The notes beneath the pieces are model-generated. The model saw only the letters and a list, made by a program, of their open reading frames with translations, did not search any database and was not told the origin of the DNA. Positions 57,114 to 64,000 of a DNA stretch of 64,000 bases are shown piece by piece. The stretch comes from Macrostomum hystrix. Its lineage: Eukaryota; Animalia; Platyhelminthes. How positions within the stretch are numbered: the first letter of the stretch is position 1; every line of letters begins with the position of its first letter. The stretch is taken from the NCBI GenBank assembly GCA_950097015.1, contig CATNEN010000001.1:11532001-11596000 (forward strand). Direction: 5' to 3'. Position numbers and translations under genes: made by a program.

Positions 57114-60100
57114 CCCTCAACGTTAGCCCACCGACACCGTACCTGCCGGCAAGCGGACCTCCAGCAGTTCCATGGAATCGATGGCTAGACGCTTTCGATA
57201 TCTATTGCCAAGCGGCGCAGATCTGGACTGACCGGCCGGCAGAGGGCGAAGCTCCAACAGAGGAAGCTACGCGACTGGCAACGAGGAGCCGCAACATGCT
57301 GCTGCACCTGCTCGGTTTCGAAGGGCAGCGGATTGCCAGGGCACGCAACGCGATTGTCGACGGCCACACCTTCTGGCAAACCCGCGACATGCTGACGACT
57401 GTGTTTGGCGACCGGCCAAACGTGATGTTGGCGCGTCACCGATTCCGGGAGCGACATCAGCTGCCCGGAGAGGACGCAGTCACGTTTGTCGCAGCACTAC
57501 GCGAGCTGTCAGCCACCTGCAACTACGGAGCAATGGCTGACGAAATGATCCGCGACCAGCTGGCCCAGAAAACCAGCAGCAGCCGGATTCGTGAGCGCCT
57601 GCTGACTGAGGACGCCGCCAGGCTGACACTGGACCAAGCCATCGTGATCGCGACGACTATCGAGGAGGCAGCGGCAGGCAGCAAGGCGATGGCAGCAGCC
57701 GGCTCTTCAGGAAATGTCCAGGCTGTGCAGGAGGCCAGACCCCGAGGTCACCATGGCGCTCCGTCCAAGAAGAAGCCAGGGCAGCAAGCCGGAGGATCCT
57801 GCCAGCGATGCGGCCGCAGCCATGATGGCAAAGCCCAATGTCCCGCGCACGGCAAGAAGTGCAACAACTGCGGCAAACTGAATCACTTCAGCCGATGCTG
57901 CCGCAATAAGACAATGCAGGTCAGCGCGGAAGAGACAATCTACGCAGTCCACGGCAACAACGAGGTCCGCGCAGACCTTCAGCTCGGCAGCATCCGAAAG
58001 ACCGTCAGCCTGATGGTCGACTGCGGTGCCAAGGTGTCTCTGCTGAACGAGGCCACGGCACGGAGCTTGGGCGACATTCGCCTAAGAACGTCGTCGATGA
58101 GGCTACGAGCCTACGGCGGGAAGCTGATCGCCCTAGCTGGGATCGCAACAGTGCCCGTCAAGCACCACAGCCGTGAGCTCCAACACGACTTCTACGTCAC
58201 GAGGTCTGGCGAGAACCTCATCGGCCGCGACCTGATGGAGAAGCTGGGCTTCCGCGTGCAACTGCAGCCGCCAGCTGAGATCGGTGCCGAGATCGCCAGC
58301 GTAGACATCGAGCGAGAGTTCCCAACGGTCTTCAGCGGCTCGATCGGTCTCTGCAAAGGCGCAGTGCACAAACCGAGGATTAACGCAGCGGTGCCACCAG
58401 TGCAGCAGCCGCTCCGTCGACTTCCGCTCGCTAAGCAGCAACAAGTCGGCGAGGAGCTGGACCGTCTGGAGGCCATGGGAATCATCGAACGGGTGAATTC
58501 CAGCCCATGGATCTCCAACTTGGTTGTCGCTAACAAGAAGGACGGAAATATTCGAGTCTGCATTGACGTGCGAGAGCCGAACAAGTCGCTCGTCATCGAC
58601 CGGCACCCGATGCCGCAGCTGGACGAGATCTCGGCCAAGATCAAAGCGGCCGGAGGCAGCGTGTTCTCCAAGATCGACCTTAAGGCAGGATACATGCAGA
58701 TGAAGCTGCACGAGTCATCACGTGACCTGACAGCATTCATTACTCACCAGGGTCTGTATCGCTACTGCAGGGTGCCGTTCGGCCTTGCTTCTGCACCGGC
58801 GGCATTCCAGAGGATGCTGGACGACCTGGTGTCTGATCTGCAGGGTGTTGAGCACATCCTGGACGACTTCATCGTCTTCGGAGCAACTGAAGCCGAGCAC
58901 GACTCGAGGCTGCGAGCACTGCTAAAGCGATTGGAGGACGCCGGTCTCACTGCCAACAAGGACAAGTGCCAGCTGCGGAGGACTGAGATTGAGTTCTTTG
59001 GCTTCATCTTCTCAGCCAACGGCATGCGACCGTCTGAGAGTCAGACCAAGGCCTTCAGCGAGCTGCGCCCGCCGACCAACAGGAAGGAACTGCAGGCGTT
59101 CCTGGGATCCGCCAACTATCTGATGCGGTTCGTGCCCAACTTCGCGGAGGTAACGGCGCCACTGCGGCCTCTGCTGAAAAGCGACGCGGTGTTCGAATGG
59201 TCGACGGAGTGCGAGAAGGCATTCGAAACGTTGAAAGCGGCAATCTGCAGTCCGCCGGTCCTAGCCCACTTCGACCCAGGGGCCGAGACGATTGTCACTA
59301 GCGACGCCAGTGCAGAGTCCCTCGGTGCGCAGCTGTCCCAGGTCCAAGATGGCATCGAGAGGCCGATCGCCTTCGCCGCCCGGGCCCTGACCGAGACGGA
59401 GAAGCGATACGCAGCGAACGAGCGAGAGGCGCTGGCGAGCCTGTGGGCCATGGAGAAGTGGCACTACTACCTGTACGGGCGCCATTTCGAGCTGCGGACC
59501 GACCACCAAGCGCTGCGCCAGCTCCTGCTGGGACCCAGCGGCACCGGACATCGGCCGCTGCGCATCCACCGGTGGTGCGACAGGTTTCAGCAATATGACT
59601 TCCATGTGCGATACCTGCCGGGCAACCGCAACTTCGTGGCCGACATGCTGTCTAGGTGGAGCTGCGGTTCCGACATGAACATCATCCAGCTACCAGACAC
59701 TGCGATGCCTCCGGTACGGGTTGTTACCCCGCAGCAGCTAGCGATAGCCACAGCCGAGGATGCGGTTCTGCGACAGGTGATTCAGCACGTCACAAGCGGC
59801 AACTGGAGCTCTTCATCGGATAGCGAGCTGCAGCCGTACTTCAAGGTCCGCGAGCACCTCAGCGTCTGGCAGGACGGCGCCTGCCTGGCTTTCCAAGAAC
59901 GAGCCGTCATTCCCCTGCAGCTGCGGCGCGAGCTTCTGGAGGCGGCCCATTCTGGACATCCGGGGGTGGTGCGCACCAAGCAGCAGCTCCGCGAGTTCGC
60001 CTGGTGGCCAAAGATGGACGCCGACGTCGAGACGTTCGTCCGAGACTGCGGCGCCTGCGAGACAGCGGAGAAGAATTTCAAGCTGCGACCGGCTCTGCTG

Positions 60101-60565
60101 TCACCGTCTAAGGACAACGCGGTTGCGCATACCGAGATGGCCCAGCGAATCCAAGAGCGCCAGCAGCGGACGGCAGCCTACACGGACCAGCGGCGAAGAG
60201 CGCGACCGCCGGCACTGCGCGCCGGCGACTGGGTTCGGGTGCGGCGTCCAATACGACGGGGCAAGCTCGGAACGCGGCTCTCGGCGCCGCTTCGGATCGT
60301 CAAAACGATGGGCGCTGCTTGCCGACTGACCGACGGCAGCACCTGGAATCAGCAGGCACTCGTACCAACATCGATGCGCCTGAGCCCCGAGACACCGGTG
60401 CCTGACGAGCTCGACCCGCTCATCGACTTTCAAGGACAGCACACGGTTCCGGACGATGGAGGCGGAGATCCCTTGCCTGCACCGGATCCAGCACAGGGAC
60501 TAGCGACCCCGCCGGTACGACGATCCGGTCGGCCGAGGCGACCTGTGCAGCGTTATGGCTTCTGA
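57110..60565 (+). CDS. gag-pol polyprotein lacking the integrase catalytic core
   Basis: two zinc knuckles; protease VDCGA..LIGRD; RT FSKIDL..PFGL..ILDD; RNase H SDAS..EREALA..TDH; integrase HHCC joined directly to the C-terminal GDWVRVR region. Confidence 0.93.
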   Translation: MALNVSPPTPYLPASGPPAVPWNRWLDAFDIYCQAAQIWTDRPAEGEAPTEEATRLATRSRNMLLHLLGFEGQRIARARNAIVDGHTFWQTRDMLTTVFGDRPNVMLARHRFRERHQLPGEDAVTFVAALRELSATCNYGAMADEMIRDQLAQKTSSSRIRERLLTEDAARLTLDQAIVIATTIEEAAAGSKAMAAAGSSGNVQAVQEARPRGHHGAPSKKKPGQQAGGSCQRCGRSHDGKAQCPAHGKKCNNCGKLNHFSRCCRNKTMQVSAEETIYAVHGNNEVRADLQLGSIRKTVSLMVDCGAKVSLLNEATARSLGDIRLRTSSMRLRAYGGKLIALAGIATVPVKHHSRELQHDFYVTRSGENLIGRDLMEKLGFRVQLQPPAEIGAEIASVDIEREFPTVFSGSIGLCKGAVHKPRINAAVPPVQQPLRRLPLAKQQQVGEELDRLEAMGIIERVNSSPWISNLVVANKKDGNIRVCIDVREPNKSLVIDRHPMPQLDEISAKIKAAGGSVFSKIDLKAGYMQMKLHESSRDLTAFITHQGLYRYCRVPFGLASAPAAFQRMLDDLVSDLQGVEHILDDFIVFGATEAEHDSRLRALLKRLEDAGLTANKDKCQLRRTEIEFFGFIFSANGMRPSESQTKAFSELRPPTNRKELQAFLGSANYLMRFVPNFAEVTAPLRPLLKSDAVFEWSTECEKAFETLKAAICSPPVLAHFDPGAETIVTSDASAESLGAQLSQVQDGIERPIAFAARALTETEKRYAANEREALASLWAMEKWHYYLYGRHFELRTDHQALRQLLLGPSGTGHRPLRIHRWCDRFQQYDFHVRYLPGNRNFVADMLSRWSCGSDMNIIQLPDTAMPPVRVVTPQQLAIATAEDAVLRQVIQHVTSGNWSSSSDSELQPYFKVREHLSVWQDGACLAFQERAVIPLQLRRELLEAAHSGHPGVVRTKQQLREFAWWPKMDADVETFVRDCGACETAEKNFKLRPALLSPSKDNAVAHTEMAQRIQERQQRTAAYTDQRRRARPPALRAGDWVRVRRPIRRGKLGTRLSAPLRIVKTMGAACRLTDGSTWNQQALVPTSMRLSPETPVPDELDPLIDFQGQHTVPDDGGGDPLPAPDPAQGLATPPVRRSGRPRRPVQRYGF

Positions 60566-60955
60566 CTGACTGATTTTGCGGAGAGGGGGAAGATGTTGTG
60601 TATTGACTGACTGAATGCTAATTTACGCATACTGCCACTATGAGTAGTGCAGTGAGGAAGCTAGTAGTTTCTAGAACCTTCTGTAGCCAGAATATTCTAG
60701 AACCTTCTATAGTCCGTGTTTTCTAGAACTTTCGATTTAACATATCAGCTACCTATAAATATACGGACACAAAGCTATCACAAAAAGGATAACTGCTCAA
60801 TTTGGAATCTGTCAACAAATCCGTTGTTCCCTTCGTTCACTACATAACAATTAGCCCGGTAACTCTCTTTTCTGCTTGTTCTAGCTTCTCCAATTCAGAT
60901 ATTTGGTGCGCATTTTTTCGCTTCATTTCTTATTTTATTTTTTTAGTTTAAAAAA

Positions 60956-62240
60956 ATGAACGACCCACTGACACCAGTTTTCTACAAAATTAACAAGCCT
61001 ATTTTGAGTGATGATAGCACAATCAAAGCGACTCAAGTAAGAGTTCCCAGTCAGGAAAATCAGAATGAAACTACTCTTGGTCCTGCTCAAACACTGACAT
61101 TCACCTACAATGGATGTTCGTCTCTGGCTAGAGTGCACAGTCTTAAGAGCGGCTTCCATATGACATTTTAATTCAAGACAAAGGGAGGCGCGGATGCAGC
61201 TCATGCTAGCGTTGACAAGCATGATGCAGATGTGGCTCTGATCAGTAACTTTTGGGCGTACATGTTCAAGGGGTTTAGTGTATCGAATGGGAGCACAGAG
61301 TTGGAGCGAATCGCCAACTTTGGAATTGTCTATGACGCTCATTGTTTGATCGAGAATCCAGATTTTATTCAGTTGGGGAGTGGTGCAGGTTTCATTGCAG
61401 ATGAAAAAGAAGGAGATATCAATGACAGTGGCTATAAAAAGAGGAAGAAGAGATACAACTATGCATTGCAAGGTGCTGATGATGCTGCTAAGAACCCGCT
61501 GTATCGGTCTGTTGATGTATTCATACCACTGAGATTCATGAGTGGATTCTGTAATACATTTAATCGACTGACTAGTAACTTCAGCTATACCTTTAAGATG
61601 ACTAGAGATGATCGCAGTAGAGTGTTGTGGACTGGGGCGGACCACACTAGGATGGAAGTGAAGCTAACCGGAATCGAGCTGTATTTGGAAGTCATTGAGC
61701 CAAAGACCGCACTAAAAGCAGATTATCTCAAGGCAATAGAGAAGGACATTGATGTCGCCTACACGGCCTACATGTGTCGAGATGAGCGAAACCAGAACAA
61801 ACATCTGCATTAAAGAGGGATCATGCAGCAATCCAAGGTATATTATTATTAACATGAGAAACCCAAATAGCATTATACGCTACATGCATGGAGATGTGCC
61901 GTCCATTCAGCATGAAATCAGTGATAGTCTTTACCCTGTACTGCCACAAAATGGAAATTTCAAAGAAAACAAGATAAGCAAATTTTACAGCGAGTTGGTC
62001 GACTTGGCTGTGAAAGAGAACAATGGAATTGCTATCACCGCTCTTCAATATGGAACTCTTTATCCGATGTTTGGCGCTGATGTGTCTGCCAGACAAATGC
62101 CTACATTTGATAACAGCCCTGTGAATATCGTGACTAACATTGAGAGGACTGCCGCAACTGCTGTTGACCTGTACATTATCTATGCGTTCGAGAGGAAGGT
62201 GAAGCTTAACATGATCAACAATTCATCCAGTAAAGTTTAA
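60956..62240 (+). pseudogene. Polinton double-jelly-roll major capsid protein, frameshifted
   Basis: IPLRFMSGFCNTFNR, PRYIII, YP, LYPMFGADVS motifs typical of Polinton MCP (recalled); about 430 codons in three pieces. Confidence 0.8.
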
Positions 62241-62261
62241 ATATTTTTTCGGGGGTGAAAA

Positions 62262-63105
62262 ATGAAAGCGATTGCTGAAAGACTAAATAATATAATTTCT
62301 CACTCTAAGGAGAGCATTCCTATTACAATAGCTGGGCGAATTAATGACTCAAACGGGATATTTGTTGAAAAATTAAAGCAGGCGATTCGCCTGGATCTAA
62401 GTGCTAATTACCATGTATATCTTAACGACTTCACTGGTGGGTCAAACGTTCCCAATGTGACGGCAGCAAATAATAAGTTTCATTACAAATGGAAAGGTGT
62501 AGCAGCAGAAGCTGTGGTATTCCCTGTGAGCACGCAAAGTGCGGATACCTACAAGTACTTTCTAGTAAATGTTTTTACTAAAAGAGGCCATTTTGAGACA
62601 CCTAATGCAAGCAAGCCAGAGACTAAACTGTTCCCTGTCAAACTATCCTATGATCTCACTGTAATGAGAGTGGTCATGCAAGTTCAAAGATTCTGAGGTT
62701 GAATTTAAAGATGACACTTGGTATAGGGAATTGGGATTCGAGAAGAAAGTTTATAAGGCGGAAGCACAGACTGCATTACCGGAGGCAGTTTCGAGGACCC
62801 TGCTAAGCGGTCTGTTCTTAGCACCCAATATCGCAGACATTGTAAAGGGTTTGAATATTCTAATCAAAAGTAATCTCAGTCTTGATTGGGTATTTAAGGG
62901 AAAGCGAACGAATATTTTGTACAACATCTCAAACTCTGTTGCTGGAGGACAGATGCTGGTAGAGAAACCAAATCCAGTGAAAAGAGTTGTGCTAAGTAAT
63001 AAGGAGATTCACGCGATTGCGCTGCAGTTTGAGACGGAAGATGGTTTTGGAGTTGATTTTAACGGTGAAGAGTTTGTATTGACGTTGATCATTGAGAGAA
63101 TGTGA
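62262..63105 (+). pseudogene. Polinton minor capsid (penton) protein, frameshifted near 62690
   Basis: IRLD..NVPNVTAANNKFHY..ILIKSNL..ILYN..GQMLVEKP..DGFGVDFNGEEFVLTLII. Confidence 0.8.
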
Positions 63106-63279
63106 GCTGCCTAATGATTTCTGCAAAGTTATAGCAGCTTATTTTTAATTAGAATATATTTTTTTTCAGAGGATGAGCACCCTAGGCTTGGGATCTTGAG
63201 TTTGGGGATTGGGATTTAGGTGTTAGTTTTATGGATTTGGCACGCTTTTTGCAGGTTCACTATTTTGGGCATGATCTCT

Positions 63280-63512
63280 TCGGGAATAGTTTGTGCATTA
63301 AGGAGGCTGCGATAATTTTTGTCCTAGATATGCAACTCACAAACTGATGTGTAATATTAAAAGTAGAGAATTTAGAATATGGAGACCGATTTTTCGCATG
63401 AGAGGCGGGGACCCTTTTTTCCTGATCTCTTCGGAAAGAATAAAGGTAATGGTTTGTACATTATGGAGGCTGCGATTATTTTTGTCCTAGAAGGCCCCCT
63501 TTGCATACTACT
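63280..63512 (-). repeat. Polinton right-type terminus (ends GCATACTACT)
   Basis: reverse complement AGTAGTATGCAAAGGGGG; nearly identical to 40740-40961. Confidence 0.85.
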
Positions 63513-63913
63513 TAATTATAAAGGAATACGACAGCTACTATATCTTTGCAGAAATCATTAGGCAGTTTGCATTCTCTCAATGATCAACGTCAATACAAAC
63601 TCTTCACCGTTGAAATCAACGCCAACACCATCTTCCGTATCATACTGAAGCACAATCGCGTGAATCTCCTTATTACATAGCACAACTCTTTTCACTGGAT
63701 TTGGTTTCTCTACCAGCATCTGTCCTCCAGCAACAGAGTTTGAGATGTTGTACAAAATATTCGTTCGCTTTCTCTTAAACACTTAATCAAGACTGAGATC
63801 ACTTCTGATTAGAATATTCAAACCCTTTACAATGTCTGCGATATTGGGAGCTAAGAACAAGCCGCTTGCATACTTTTTTCGAGCGTTCTAGACTATACTC
63901 ACATATGCAGAAA
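63513..63913 (-). mobile_element. inverted copy of the truncated minor-capsid fragment
   Basis: reverse complement of ~40156-40550, including the same non-capsid 5' junction. Confidence 0.88.
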
Positions 63914-64000
63914 TTGTGTATAAATAATTTTTAGAAAGGGGGCCTCCTTTTCCCTTCGGTAATAATGAGAATACTGTATTATGGTGCTGCGTAAACGTTG

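Larger units (their letters stand above)
56841..60849 (+). mobile_element. young Ty3/Gypsy (Mag-like) LTR retrotransposon
   Basis: 256-bp LTRs at 56841-57096 and 60594-60849 (TG..CA, one mismatch seen); 5-bp TSD ATTAG; PBS; PPT GGAGAGGGGGAAGA. Confidence 0.97.
44781..64000 (+). mobile_element. decayed Polinton/Maverick (adintovirus-like endogenous virus)
   Basis: left terminus AGTAGTATGC at 44781; integrase, pPolB, adenain and major/minor capsid genes; one terminus at 63512 and another TIR running off the window end. Confidence 0.92.

Noticed and set aside
57185-61645. antisense ORFs over gag-pol and the capsid gene
   Set aside because: Shadow frames of GC-rich or coding sense strands
46238-63105. 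Polinton as currently active, or frameshifts as programmed or sequencing artefacts
   Set aside because: Besides homopolymer shifts there are nonsense substitutions (e.g. 51210) and a mutated integrase Glu, indicating real decay

Overview
Repeat-rich invertebrate animal (eukaryotic) genomic DNA; the species cannot be determined from sequence alone. The left 17 kb holds three co-oriented minus-strand host genes: a TOX4-like ORF with only the C-terminal Cys/His motif visible, a 4-exon CCR4/CNOT6 deadenylase and a 4-exon menin (MEN1). Their introns and flanks are filled with private minisatellites, MITEs and tRNA-derived SINEs. At 26.7-27.9 kb is an intact, intronless PCIF1/CAPAM-like methyltransferase ORF with no WW domain and SPPF in place of NPPF. 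A ~7 kb head-to-head 20-bp satellite follows at 29.8-36.9 kb. The right 27 kb is a nest of mobile elements: Gypsy-protease, DIRS-like and Harbinger/MADF relics; a decayed Gypsy element carrying a four-RING-finger extra ORF; and a decayed Polinton/Maverick (adintovirus-type: PLA2, integrase, pX-like, pPolB, adenain, major and minor capsid; no packaging ATPase recognised). A solo-LTR-like insert and a very young Mag-type Gypsy element with an in-frame deletion of the integrase core sit inside the Polinton. Best novelty candidates are the SPPF PCIF1-like enzyme and the RING-cargo LTR retrotransposon. All family assignments come from motif recall, not database searches.
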